In this document: in pieces, positions 48,770 through 63,095 of the stretch
Layout of the letters: each line of letters opens with the position of its first letter
Numbering within the stretch: position 1 is the stretch's first letter
From: the human T2T-CHM13v2.0 reference genome, Homo sapiens
Assembly: GCF_009914755.1 (NCBI RefSeq)
Contig: NC_060933.1
Length of the DNA: 64,000 nt
Strand: one strand, 5' to 3'
The notes under the pieces: model-generated
The model's database searches: none
Told to the model about the DNA's origin: nothing
Seen by the model: the letters and a program-made list of their open reading frames with translations, nothing else
Program-made: the position numbers and the translations under genes

Positions 48770-49250
48770 CCCGATGCCCCGAAGTCCTGTGGGCAGCCTA
48801 GCCACAGTAACTTGGTGGAACTCATTAGCGCAGGCCGTTCTCATCAGCGCCACGGAGGACGGAGACGCCGGGGTTCCCGGCTTTGAGCCTCTGGAGCGCC
48901 CGCGCCTTCGCAGGGCTGCGCGGGGCTCAGGGAGCCGCGGCCACGGCTCCCGCGCGCTCGCTCGCCCGCAGGGTCTGGGCAGCCCCGCGGGGACCCGGCT
49001 CTGCGCGCAGCCCATTGTACAGCTGGCGCAGCCGCGCAAATGACATCTGAGCCTCCTTTCAAGCCGCCGGCTGCTTTCAAAAGGGGCCTTTGAAAAGGGT
49101 GGGCTCTCCTGACTCCGCACTGGAGAAGGGAACTCGGCTTTTTCAGGGAGGACGGCCTGGCACACGTGCCTGCCTCTGTGGCTCGCGCCTGCGTTTATGC
49201 GAGAATGAAAGGCCGACTTTGTCTGCTGGGTGTTCGTGCACACGGTTTCC
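48770..49250. promoter_or_regulatory. Orphan CpG island
   Basis: Abrupt GC- and CpG-dense block (e.g. gccgcggccacggctcccgcgcgctcgctcgcccgc) in an AT-rich background; not a recognisable repeat. Confidence 0.85.
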
Positions 49251-49777
49251 ATCCCTTTATTTGCAGAAGAAATGTTCCGACTCCTGGAGTTCTCACTGGC
49301 CATTGGGAGATGAATGGGCTATTTGAAGTGAGAGCATTGAAGGTGTTTCGTTGGAAATAGATATATAAAATGTCCCCCGTCTCTTTCAAAACTCGGTGAT
49401 AATCATTTTACTTAGGGAACCGATTGGGGTGAGGAAGAACCTAAGAATACATGTAGAATTAAACAGGATGGTTCCAACCCCGTTGGAGGTTTGGAAATCC
49501 CATTTCTATTAGAAAAGGGAGAGAGTCGCAGCCACCAACCCTTTCTTTTTCTCCTTTTGCCCCGGGATTTTTGGTCCCTACAGGAAAGGAGGTAGGAAGA
49601 GTCAATGGTGAGAATGCCGACTCTGTAACCACACAGCTGGGGTCTGGATTTTCCGCAGTCACTTAACGTTGTGAAGGTGTCCAGCACATAGCAACCTTCC
49701 TGCCTTTTCCCTCGAGGATGCAGCGCCAGAGGGTGGACCTTAGCCTTTGTATCTTGTGCTTCCTCTGACTCCTGTTT

Positions 49778-50640
49778 TTGTTTTTGTTTTTTAAATCACA
49801 TCATTGATTTATGATTGACATATTAGAAGCTGTACATATATAATGTATATCAGTGGTCCCCAACCTTTGTGGCACCAGGGACTGGTTTTGGGGAAGACAA
49901 TTTTTCCATGGACAGGAGGGAGGGTGGGGGATGGTTTTGGGGATGATTCAAGTACATTACATTTACTGTGCACTTTATTTCTATTATTATTACATTGTAA
50001 CATACAATGAAATAATTATACAACTCACCATAATGTAGAATCAGTGGGAGCCCTGAGCTTGTTTTCCTGCAACTAGATGGTCCCATTTGGGGGTGGTAGG
50101 AGACAGTGACAGATCATCAGGCATTAGATTCTCATAAGGAGTGCACAACCTAGACCCCTTCATGTGCAGTTTACAATAGGGTTTATGCTCTTATGAGAAT
50201 CTAATGCCGTAGCTGATCTGACAGGAGGCAGAGCACAGGTGGTAATGCGTGCAATGGAGAGTGACTGTAAATACAGATGAAGTTTCACTTGCTCACTGGC
50301 CATTCACCTGCTGCTGTATGGCCTGGTTCCCGATAGGCCACAGACCAGTACCAGTTTGTGGTGGGGGTTGGGGAACCCCTGATGTGTGTGACTCAATGAC
50401 TTTGGGGATAAGTATATAGGTGTGAAACCATCACCACCATCAATGGCATAAACATATCCATCACCTCCGAAAATTTTCTCCCACCCCTTTATTATTATTA
50501 TCTGTGGTATGAACACTTAGCATAATATCTACTCTCTTAGTAAATTTTAAATATATAATACAATATTGTTAGCTATAAGATCCTGTAATTTTTGACAACA
50601 TGGAGGGACCTGGAGGGCATTATGCTAAGTGAAATAAGCT
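49778..50640 (-). mobile_element. L1M 3' fragment with 5' inversion and TSD, split by MER1A
   Basis: Antisense L1 at 49778-49850 and 50382-~50578. Sense L1 piece gacaacatggagggacctggagggcattatgctaagtgaaataagc to 50639. TSD tctgactcctgttt (49764-49777) / tctgaatcctgttt (50641-50654). Confidence 0.75.
49851..50381 (+). mobile_element. MER1A hAT-Charlie element, full length
   Basis: TIRs cagtggtccccaacc and ggttggggaacccctg; ~530 bp; TSD atgtatat/atgtgtgt. Confidence 0.9.
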
Positions 50641-53020
50641 TCTGAATCCTGTTTGAGTCACCCCTTCCTTGCACAAATGCTGAGTTTCTAACAGTTCATA
50701 GATCTCCAGTGCTTTCCTTCACACTGGCTCTCATTTGTGGAGCACGTCTTTGTTATACCCATCTTCATATTCTTACAGTAATATTCTTACATACTTTGAT
50801 AAACCCAACTTTTTGAAAGTCACCCCTGTCATATTGAGCAGCTTCTGTTTTAGGAGCATGGTTCCACCCATAGGACATCCATAGCCATTCAGCACTGTCC
50901 TGGGTTAGAGAGAAAATGCTGGTACTGTGCTCCACGATGACTTATTTGGAAGGTTGATTACTTATTTAGGGCTTCATAGGAGGATTATCAATGAGTCAGT
51001 ATCATCCTGGAAGAGCATATTGACATAAACTTTCCCAGAAAGGAAGTATAGATTTAATGCAACAGTCTTTGAGAGACATCTTATTATTCCCTTCTTACAA
51101 GAAAGTAGGATTTAAGGATCTCTATGAATTCTCAAGGCAGCACAGAAAGCAGTGAAGCCAGAATACAAGACGTAGGTTTTCTGACTTTAAGAGGATGCTG
51201 TTTCCACAATACCATACATGGTGAGTTTTCATCCTCCGCATATCCACCCCTTTTCCTCTCTTTTCCTGTCTAGGACTCTATCTCTTGATTCCTTACCTCA
51301 AACATTTATGCCTGGAATCCTTATCGGGCTGTGACAGGCAGTCTTGGGCAGACAGCCCACTGGGTACTCTGTGATGAATAGTACAGTTTCTATTCTCACA
51401 AACAGGCCATGTTGTGTACCAAAACCCTATTCCCTTTAGCAGGAGGAAAGTGTTAATTATAGTCGCTCATGGGCCCTGTGTTCCAAAAAGACCCAGTGCA
51501 TGTCTTTGTGTCTGGCCCAGCCCAGCAGAGAAAGGCTAAATTGTGTTTGAAAGCCTTACAAGGGGAAACTTAATTGAGGCATAAAATATATGCCTTTGAT
51601 CTTCCCAGGACCTGTGGTTCTCCCATTACCTGCATCCTGTTCCTGATGACATAAGTTGGAATAAAGCCTGCAGTGAGACCTGTGCCAAAGGCACCAAGCA
51701 GGATGTTATAGCTGCCACCCTCCCCTCCTTTTCACCAGGACTGAACACTCTGCCTGTGTATATTTATCAGTGGGATACATTTGAAGCGGCCTCAAACCTG
51801 ATCTCTGCATTCATTTCCCTGTCCTATAAAACAAGCCTGTGTCCTCGACTTTCAAATACCTCTGTGAGACTTTCTACTCTTCCCTTCTAAAACTGCACAC
51901 ACTGTCCCAACATGCATCCCCAGTATAATTCTCTCATACCTATCCCAGACCCCAGCCTCAACTGCCTGACTCACTGATTTAACAGCTGGAGTTCCGTGTT
52001 TTGCAATACGTCGCTTTCACTTATTCACCCATTCATTCACTTACTTTGTCCTTCACTCATTTACCGATGCATTTCTTCAATCATTCACTCATCGATTTGT
52101 CCAATTTTTAGTCTTCAGTTGATTAGACCAAGGAGATCAGAATTACTGTGGAAATATAAGGCTGGAGAGGGCTGAAACAGTGGTCTTCCTGCAAAACCCT
52201 GAGAAGTATTCACTCAGGGGTTGTGTGAAGGTCCAAGGGAGTATAATCTCCAAGTCAGCTTAGCACGGTACAATGAAGTTAGGTTTGGGAGTGAAAGAAA
52301 GACCTGTGTTTGAATCTCAGCATTGTTACATAGCAGCATATGACTCTGGGCAAGATATATGACTGCTGTGAGCCTTGCTGTTTTCATTTGTAAGAGGGAG
52401 GTGCTAATGTCTATCTTGCAGAATAATCTTCGGAAAAGGGATAATGTGTGTAAGTACTTAGCACAGGGCCTGGTACACCATTGCTATGGTTGGCATTTTC
52501 ATTATTATGACCGCTACAGCTGTTCATTCGTGAAGGGAAAAGTTGGTGGAGACCCACCTGGATAGCAGATGAGGTCCTCCATCCTCTGGGAAATCACAGA
52601 TACTCTGATGCTCTTATGAGCTGAAACCTGGAAAATGGGCTTTCCTTGAGGTAGCCTTAAGCAGGAACTGAAACTGCTGGTGCTTTCAATTTCTCCTTCA
52701 TCAGCCCCTGTAGGGGAGCTGGAAGGTCATATCTACAGGACAGTGGAGGTGATATCTGGAAAATGAGAAAAACAGGTGAGAGTGTGCATTATGGCAGCAA
52801 CATATGACCAGGTCAGCAATGTCCCACTTCCTGCCCTCCATCATGGAATGCAGTCCCTACTTAAACAATTTTATTCATTGATCATTTGCTCATCTATCTA
52901 TTTGTATCATATGTATGTTTGACCTTCTAAGCTCTGGGCAAGCTACTGGGGGGCCTGGACAGGTTTACCCTAAGTTATCACCTTTCTGCCACTGTATTTC
53001 TTACATTTAAATATCATTAT

Positions 53021-53704
<684 letters not shown>

Positions 53705-55034
53705 AATGTTTCATTATTATCTCTTTTTTTCTCCTCTGAAGCAGCTCTCCTCTATTCAGGTATATCCTTCGAGGAAATCCAATATGTAAAATAGATAAGG
53801 GGTTTGCTTTAGTTGAAGTGAAAGTTGAACTCATGAAGCCTGCCTATTCAGACTCTTCTAGTTCTGCCCCCCCTCCCCAGTGCAGCCTTCCAGGGATTCT
53901 TGATTCCTCCCTCTAGTACAGAAATTAAATAATTGAAGACATCACAAGGCTGTTGACAATGCACAAGGCAACCCTGTTTCATCAGAAGGCTGAAATATCA
54001 ACTGTTTGCACCAACATGTTCAGCAGCAGGGGTTGGTAAATTTATCAACTACACAAATGGGTCAGTTTTGATGGAAAGAGCAAGGGGTGTGGGATATGGG
54101 ATGCAGGAGGCATAAGGAAGGCAGGGGGAAGTATGCTGTCACACCTCTTGTCTTATTGAATTGTCAGATAATCCTGTGATTTTAGGAAAGTATCATCACC
54201 ATCAGTGTTCTCACTTTATGGACTAGGGAACTGCAGCTCAGAGAAGTCACCCAGCTGAGAGGTGACCAGGCTGAAATTTGCATTCTGGTCTTTGAACTCT
54301 TCCTCCCATAAACACTGCAGGGCTTTGCATGCCTCCCTGCTCTCCTCCATGAATGCTGTATCAGCCATCTTTCCTCTCCAAGTACAGGAGGAGGCATGAC
54401 CCTAAGAATGTGCTCCCTGCCTATCAAAATGGCCACTTCCCCTTCCCTTCCTTCTCATTATCCCCTTACCTTCATCTGTGACTGACAAATTAGTTAGTGT
54501 GTGTTTCAGGAAGATAAATGTCTCTCAGATCTGACAGAGCTGCCTCATCTTGGGAGGAAAGCTTACAATGTCCTTACTAGATCTAATCAGACAGGAAGAT
54601 CCGAAGAGTATGACCTTCCTCTTCCCTCAGCCTTCAAGGGTGAGGCTACAAAAGGTAGAGCGCAACTGTGGCTGAGGAGGGAGCTTCCAGAACCAGGGCC
54701 AATCACCTCCATAGCCACCTGCAATTTGGAGTCAGGCAAGCTGGGATTTATTATCTGAGGCTGCTTTCCTTAGCTTTCCCTCGTAATCCTCCTTTCAAGT
54801 AAAAAAAGAATCTGTGCAGAAGGGGAGGAAAATTATGGTTTACCAGCAGTCAACGAGAAGGTCAGCTATCCCATGTGATGAGTGTTAACTTACACTGTGC
54901 CATAGGGAACTTCCCATTTAGGCTTGGAAGTGCATGAAAATCCTCAAAGAAAAGGAGCCACAGATGATGGGATCTCTCCTTGTCATTTTAGCAGTATTTT
55001 GCAGTTAAAAAATAAAAATAAAAAAATCTTTACT

Positions 55035-55205
55035 GTACATTATCTCATTTGATCCTCACAATAATTCTCTCAGGCAATACAGAGACTTTCAGTCTCATTT
55101 TACAGAGGGAGAAGCTGAGGCTCATAGTGGCAATATGACTGCCTAAAATCACGTAACCATAAAGTGGCAGAACCAAAATTTAAATCCAGCTCTTCTGACT
55201 CAGAT
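55035..55205. mobile_element. MIR SINE
   Basis: tatctcatttgatcctcacaataa...cattttacagagggagaagctgaggctca...gtggcagaaccaaaatttaaatccag. Confidence 0.65.
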
Positions 55206-56507
55206 GTAGGAATATTACTAGACTCATCAGTGCTCAATTTTAGGAGAGTAATCACCTCTGTAGTCCTGAGATTTACATTTGCTAAGGATGGAGTTTTGAG
55301 GTTAAGTTTCTTGTCGGTTTCTTTAGTGAATTTAATAGAAATTTAATAGAACTAAAATTTAATAGAACATGACGTGTCATTTTTGAAGGAATTAAAGATA
55401 TTTGGTTTTTGGTTTTTGTTTTTTTTTTGCAAACTAACCACCTCATCTCCAACATGTTGTCTCAGTTTACCATAGGGGAGCAGAAAATAGCACATGCATT
55501 TTGGAAAAGATCATGGTCACATTTATACAGAGTAAAATTTTAAACTTTGAGGAAAACTGAAGGTAGTCAAACTTTCTGGGGAATTAGTTTCTCATAAGAC
55601 AATCTCCTGAAAGTGAAAAGGAATTCAATACATTGGTGGGTGGGTTGGGGCGGGAGAGAGGTACATGAGAAGAAGAAAGAGTTTACACTAGTAAGAAATG
55701 ACATCACCAAGCTCAAATGCCATTTTCCTCACTACTTTTTAGAAGTGCCCTCTGTGAGTGTGGTGCTACTTGAGTGCTGTAGTACCCCCAGCTCCTCTCC
55801 CACCCATTCCCAAGTATATGTATCAGCATGAGATTAGTCTCAAAGTGTGGCTCTGGACACATGATTAATGGCCCTGCGTGTACTCTTTCAATGGCTCCCA
55901 TTACTGCTGGATAAAGTTAAAACATCTTAGCCAAGTATTTAAGGGACTTAACATCTTGGCCGTAATTAACCTTCCCAACTTTATCTCCTAGAACTGCCAT
56001 TCTTCCTGCAAAGCTGCTCTTCTTATTTCCCCTGCCCTTACCCACCTTTACCACTTTGTTCACCCCGTGATCTGTATCCTCACATCAAGGAATCCTAGCC
56101 TACTTCTGCTTTTGTCTCCTCTCTCCACACACCTGGGATGACTGAAGGCCTGCGTGCAGCTCAGTCCCAAGCTATCTGATGCGTCACAAAGTGAAGAGGC
56201 AGGATTGAAGAGGCAGGATGGCAAGCAGAGCATTCTGTACCTAGTAAGGTTATACGCTTGTCCCCTTATGATCTAGCTCTTGAGTTCCTGTATTTTCCTA
56301 AGAGGAAGACCCTCACCTGGTGCCTCAGATGTCAACCCTGGGTCTTTCTCTAAATTACCTGCCCAGCTTGATGTACTGCAGGACTGAGCCTCACCTGGTG
56401 TCTCAGAGTCCTGCCTCCTGTTTCTGATAGACCATATTCCTCTTCTGGAATACTAGGCTGATTAGTAAGTGCTAATTGCCTACTTGGTCTCCTAATACTG
56501 ACTCCTT

Positions 56508-56854
<347 letters not shown>

Positions 56855-57120
56855 TAGCAGATTCTCTCTCCAGATTGCCAGTCTCTCTCCACATTGCCTC
56901 TCTCTAAGGTTAAACATTTCTGCTTCCCTACCACTTGTCGGATGCTGACTAACTATCCAAACCCAGTGTCCCAACCTGCTGCATTGGACTTTAGCTCACT
57001 GTTGGTATCAGTCCAAAAGCCATCCTTCTGTGAAGTTTTCCCTGTTCTCAGTCATAGCTGATTTTCCCTTCAAGCTACTTTCTTGGGAGAACTACCACCA
57101 CCTGGAAATATGGTCAAATG

Positions 57121-57295
57121 CAGTGGTGAGATGCTAAATACTGGTGCAGGAAATAAACAGCCCTCATATATGCTGTTTGTTTTTTCCTTAGTATAAATAT
57201 CCCCACTGTGGCTGATCTTAAGCTACTACCCTAGTTGGAAAAGAGAGGCACAATGGGCTGTCACCAGCTAATATGAACTGGCCCCAGTACCACCT
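57121..57295 (+). mobile_element. Degenerate MER63-like hAT element (second copy)
   Basis: Resembles 36022-36200: gtataaatatccccactgtggctgatcttaagctac...gttggaaaagagaggcaca. Confidence 0.45.
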
Positions 57296-57397
57296 CCTGG
57301 TTATACATGTCCTAATCTCATCTCCCATTCTGTCTTTTACTCTATTACAGCCACACTGGACTTCTCTCACTCTTGAATGTAAAATACTCTCATATAG

Positions 57398-57758
57398 CAT
57401 ATTAGCCCTTTCTTATGCTGCTAATAAAGACATACCTGAGACTGGGTAGTTTATAAAGGAAAGAGGTTTACTTGACTCACAGTTCCACATGGCTGGGGAG
57501 GCCTCACAATCATGGCAGACGAAGGAGGGGCAAAGTCATGTCTTACATGGCAACAGGCAAGAGAGAGTGTGCAGAGGAACTCCCCTTTATAAAACCATCA
57601 GATCCCATGAGACTTATTCACTATCACGACAATGGCATGGGAAGGACCTGCCCCCATGTTTCAATTACCTCCCACAAGGTCCCTCCCACAACACATGGGA
57701 ATTATAAGAGCTCCAATTCAAGATGAGATATGGGTGGGGACACAGCCAAACCGTATCA
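57398..57758 (-). mobile_element. THE1C/D-like MaLR solo LTR nested in an L2 fragment
   Basis: gctgctaataaagacatacctgagactggg...ggggacacagccaaaccgtatca; L2-like flanks continue to ~58110. Confidence 0.9.
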
Positions 57759-58539
57759 CACAGCTCTGGGCATTTGCAAATGGCATTCCTCTGTCAGTCA
57801 CATTCTCCTTGCCCAATTCCCTAAGTCCTTACCTTTTATCTATCTAATATTCATTCTTCTACCTCTGCTTGAATGTCATTTCTGCCCCAGTTAAATATCA
57901 CTTTCACTAGGAAATCTTCATCACTCCTCCCAGACTGGGTTGAGTAATGCTGGTGTCTTGATACCTCTTTGTATAGTTAAAATTTGACTGTGTTTTTAAG
58001 GGCCGTCTTCCCACTAGACTGCAGGCTCCAAGAGGCAGGTATCATGCTTGTTTTGTTTCCCACCATATTTCTAGCCACTCACTCTGTGACTGACACATAG
58101 TGAACTCTCAAGCTTATGGGATGATAAGCTTTTGCTTCCTCTAAAGAATGGATATGCTTTTTCTTCATAAATACTGGGCAAGTAACAAATTATGTTTTCC
58201 TTTTCACTTCAGCAGAAAAGATGCTCAATGCTGATTTTACTGTTTATATTTAATAACTTTTTAATGCTAGACATTGCATATCTAGATTCCAGTACTTTTT
58301 AGTTTGGTCTAGATCTTCTGTTTTGCCTGTATTTGTAGTTTTACATTTCATTGTAGATATTTTTGAAAGTTGCCTCAAATTTGCTGGGTTACAAAGTAGA
58401 ATAGAGACAATCAGTTCCTCACTGTAGTCTGTTTGTTTCACTATGGAGCCAACACTCTCACACTGCCCTAAAGTAGGACCTCACATTGAGCCTTGAAATA
58501 GAAATAAATAAAGTGAAAGGATTAGGACATAATGTTTAG

Positions 58540-58760
58540 AATCACAGAGACCTCTGTTAGCACTGCAGTTTGCCACCAGTTTGCAACATGACACAAGGCA
58601 AGTTCAGTCTCTTCTCTGGTTTGAAGTTTCTTTATCTGTTACATGGAGGTGATAATGTATTCCTCACATGGTAGTTATGAAGATTAAATTAAATAATATG
58701 TGTGAAATGCTTAGCACAGTTCCTAGCCCTTGGCAAGTGCTCAATAAATGGTAGGAATGA
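58540..58760. mobile_element. MIR SINE
   Basis: gtttctttatctgttacatggaggtgataat...gaagattaaattaaataatatgtgtgaaatgcttagcacagttcct...tgctcaataaatg. Confidence 0.65.
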
Positions 58761-60864
58761 TTACAAATAATGCTATTGAAGAAGACTTGTGTCACGGTAG
58801 CATCATAGAATCAGAGGTTTGGCAGTAATAGTCCCCTTATCTGCAGCAACACCTTTTATCTTCTCCCATCCTTCCAATGATGCCCCTTGCCCCACCCATC
58901 TCTAAACATCACAAAAAATATCAGTGTTTTGTGTCCAATTTGCTAAGAGTACATCACTAATTCCCCAGGGATAATGCTTGCTTGAAATCCCCCTAATTTC
59001 ATTTGCTGGGAGAGAAACTTTAATTCAGCAAACTGAAGAAAATGCAATTTAGTACATTTCATCAACTTATTGTCGCCTCACTTTGCCCAATTTGTGCAGG
59101 AAAGAACAGGTAAAGACATGGAAAGCAAGTTATAGCATGTTTAAGATTCTATAAGACATAAATGCAGGCTTATACTTTGGCCAGTTTCAGCTGCAACCCC
59201 TTCACCTCTATCTGTCTGATCACAGCCTGGCATGTGTAGCCTCTACTTACTACCCAGGAACTCCATGTTAGCCTCTTTGGGGCTCCAAGGAATGACAAAA
59301 ACTGAGCCCATTTCATGGCTTTCTCAAATGAGTATTTTGAATAAATCTGACAAAATTGCTGGGTTCACCTCAGTCTTTCTCATGAATTTGGTGTGTGTTT
59401 ATTCTCAGCATTATGTATCAAACATCTATGGAAGAGCTGCTCTGCATGGAACGTTGTCATAGGCAACATCTCACTCATGAGTGATGTGTATCAGTCTTCG
59501 ATTCCAAACACATTGATTTTCACGTAGACCCTTACATGCTGTGGCTCCCCATACTAACTTGCCTTTGCTTGTAACTTTGGCCTAAAATGCCTTCTATTTT
59601 TCTCTGAGATCCAAATCAAGAGTTATCATTTTAGTTCAGATGGAGCTAACAATCAAAAGACACAATTTGTTCATTCTTCCATCTATTCTTTCTTTTACTG
59701 AATGTTTATTAAACATGTACTGTGTTATCAGCCACAGTGTTTGATGATGGACATACAAATATCTGTGAAACAACATAGTCACTGGCCACAGGGGCTTGTT
59801 TGTTTTACTAAGTGATACTAACAATAAATAAACTGGAGGAGAATATAATAGTGTTTATTATTTATGGAACACCTGGAACACCCATTACACATCAGACACA
59901 TTAAAAGTTCCTTATGTCACCTAATTCTCCAAAAAGTTTGATAAGTAGATATGATATTTTTTTATACATAGAAACTGAATTTTACACTTCTGTAATTTGT
60001 CCAATGTTTATCACTGAAATCAGAGACCAGGTCTATATGTCTAGGAAGTTCATATTTTCCTGCTGTGCTACCTCACTCACTGCAGAGCATCCTATATATA
60101 TATATCATCACTTGCTAAGGCATTCACTTGACTTAAAGGGTCTTTGCAAGCTGTTGAAACCCAGACACGCACAAAGAATCACAAACAGGGGCTGAAGATT
60201 TTGAGTATGTAGGAGGCATGAATTAAGTACCATCAGTCACTGGTATAGGGCAAATCAGCATTTTGGATGGCCTGTGTCAGAGTCAAATGCAGAAGTCAAG
60301 TCCAGACAGGGGTGGGTACCAGATTCTAACGACCTGCCCAATGCCTGGTTCAGCCTTGATAAGAAGGCAAGGGGCAGGAATTAGGGACAGCTCTTGGCAG
60401 TTCTCGAAGAATTTGTGTGGGTGATGTCTTATAGTCTAGGAGCTCCTGTGAAGTTCTTTGATCTGCCTCCTAGCACCCTCTGTCCCTATCATGTCTTTCT
60501 TTTAGCTCTTTGTTGGTTTTGCAAGGTATAGTTCTCTTGAGGCTGCATGTAACCAACATAAGTTTTCTAGACTAGTCTCTTGAGCCAGGCAACGCCATTA
60601 AAAGTTTCTGGGAAAAGAGCACGACTGAGAGTACAGGAGCCATAAAAATCTCTGTCATTGTCACCCCACTTTGGGCAAGTCATATTTTTCCTTCTTAATT
60701 TTACTTTCCTCACTTAAAAATATGTACAGATGACTATGAAATGTTTGCAGATGAACACAAGTGACTGCTAACAGCAGTTGACTCTGGGGAGAGCACTTTG
60801 AGGGCCGAGGGAAGAGAGAATACTTTGTTCTTTACAGCATTTTAAATGGTGTGCATTTTAGCAT

Positions 60865-60962
60865 ATTGATATATATGCACACACTATATATGCAAGCACA
60901 AATGTATATGCACCATATATAAATATATGAAGATACATATACATATATATATATATATATAA
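60865..60962. repeat. Degenerate (TA)n repeat
   Basis: Low-complexity TA/CA tract ending in perfect (TA)n. Confidence 0.8.
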
Positions 60963-62748
60963 ATGTAATTATCAATTATATAGAGCATTGACCTATCAAT
61001 CAAAGGATTTGCCTCCACAGTAGACAATGGGCTCTTAGATGCTAAAGATGGAGTCTTGGTCACCTGTGTTTACCTGAAAACTAACATAGCATCTGGCACA
61101 TGGTAAGTGTTAAATAAATGTTTGTCAAATTGCTTACTTTTGAAAAATAAATAAATCTGTAGAATAGAATGTTAAAGTAAACAACCTTCTGAGATGGGCC
61201 TCCAAAGCTTGGGTATCTATATATTAAACATGAACCCCAAGAGGATTTGAGTATCTGTGACTATCTTGCTCCCTAGTATAGAATGTTAGGATCTGTGGTC
61301 TCGGAAGTCAGAGCCAGTATCACAGACCAGCAGCAGCAACTGTCCATTTTGATTCTGGGGTGGAAACTGTTTTCTCTGTTTTCTGACCTTTGCTATGGGT
61401 TACAGGTTGAAGGCTTGAAGGTTTTCAGGTGTTTGTAGCAGAATATTAAGGCAAAGATCAGGGGAGTATCTTGTTCCGAAGAAGGCAAGCAGCAAATGTG
61501 GCACGTGAAGACTTCAAAAACTCTTGCATGCCAAGCCTTTCCTTTAGGCTCTGGGCAGGAGTTAGTGCTGTAGGGGGTGACTTCCTCCTAGGAGCCAGCC
61601 TGTCAACTTCCAGGCCTTTTTTGTGTGACATCTGCTCTAGCAGCCAGGAGCTGGGTCACAAGCTTCCTTTTTGTCCTGCTTCTGTGCAGGGTGGTCCAGA
61701 GGCAATAGGAAGAGGAACAAAGGAGGGAGAATACCGTGTATGCAGAGTTTGAGTGATGTCTTCAGGGCTTGGAAAAATGTAATTCTGTTTGAGCAGTTTG
61801 CAGGCAGTTTTGCAACTCATCCCCCTGAATTAGGGACCAAATGAAGTCATTAGGCCCTAATCAAAAGCAGCTAATCAGAAGTCAGTGGGAGCTCTACCAA
61901 TTAATCGCGGCTGGAACCCAAGGAGCTGAAGTACCCAAGGCTGGATGAATAAAAGTAATGAAATTAGTATCAGTGCTGTGCAGTACTGCACAACTTCAAG
62001 AACAGGTTATGGGCTGCTCAGCTCTTCCTGCCATATCACAAATAGAGGCTCATTGTCAAAACATAGATGAGTTGGGAAGCAGCTTTTGAGCTTGCCCTGA
62101 GCTTTTTGTAAGTCAAGATGTGTGTAAGCCAGAGTCAAAAGTGGAATCATGAAAAAAACAGATGAAAGGTGATTTTTTAAGGTGTGATAATATGACCGAA
62201 ATATCTCTTTCACAGCTTGTAAATAATTTATACCCAGATTCTTTGTTGATGTCCTATTCTTTATTCTTTCGCCTAAATTGCAAAGACAAGAGGTTGTTTC
62301 AGGTGAGTCTCTTGTCCTGTACTCAGCACCGCACCTGGTGCAAGGTAACTGCTAAATAAACAGCATTTATTTAATTAACTTGGGTCAGAGAAAAAATTTG
62401 AACTGAGATTTTTTTAATTCCAAATTTTGCACACCTTTTCCTATACGACTTAAGCAGAAGGATTCAGTGCCCTTTTCTAATCAAAATAACAATTGTTACC
62501 TGCTAGCAGTTTTTGGTCCAGAAATGTTCACGTACTTTGGATTACAGCTTTAAGATCTTAGAAAACAGAACCTCATGTCCAAAATTTAATTTCACAGGTG
62601 AAGAGACAAGGGCCAGGGAGTGAGAGGAATTTGTCCTAGGTCCCCCAGCAAATTTGTGGCAGAGATAAGACTAGAGCCGACGTCTTGACTCAAGGTTCAA
62701 TTGTTTCCCTCAGCACCTGGCCCTTTGCTTTCAGTATTAGCAGTCGTC

Positions 62749-63095
62749 CTTTTTATTTTATTTTATATTAACTTCAGGGATACACGTGCAGGATGCGCAG
62801 GTTTGTTACATAGGTAAACGTGTGCCATGGTGGTTTGCTGCACCTGTCAATCCATCATCTAGATATTAAGCCTAGCATGCATTAGCTATTTTTCCTCATG
62901 CTCTCCCTCCCCCTGCCCCCCACCCACCCAACAACAGGCCCCAGTGTGTGTTGTTCCCTGCCCTGTGTCCATGTGTTCAGCTCCCACTTAAAAGTGAGAA
63001 CATGCGGTGTTTAGTTTTCTGTTTCTGTGTTAGTTTGCTGAGTATAATGGCTCCATCCTTGTCCCTGCAAAGGACATGTCCTTGTTCCTTTTTAA
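62749..63095 (-). mobile_element. L1PA (PA8-13-like) 3' fragment
   Basis: gggatacacgtgcaggatgcgcaggtttgttacataggtaaacgtgtgccatggtggtttgctgcacc...aagtgagaacatgcggtgttt. Confidence 0.88.

Noticed and set aside
48843-48863. REST/RE1-like motif atcagcgccacggaggacgga
   Set aside because: The left half fits, but the GGACAG half is broken in canonical spacing. Too weak without ChIP data.
48746-49303. 185-aa minus-strand ORF and overlapping ORFs in the CpG island
   Set aside because: Non-ATG starts, R/P/A/G-rich low complexity and no recognisable domain. Stop-poor frames are expected in GC-rich DNA.
55325-56410. Short direct repeats (aatttaatagaa x3; gaagaggcaggat x2; cctcacctggtg.ctcaga x2) as a CRISPR-like array
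   Set aside because: Only 2-3 copies each, with irregular spacing, in a mammalian genome; these are local slippage duplications.
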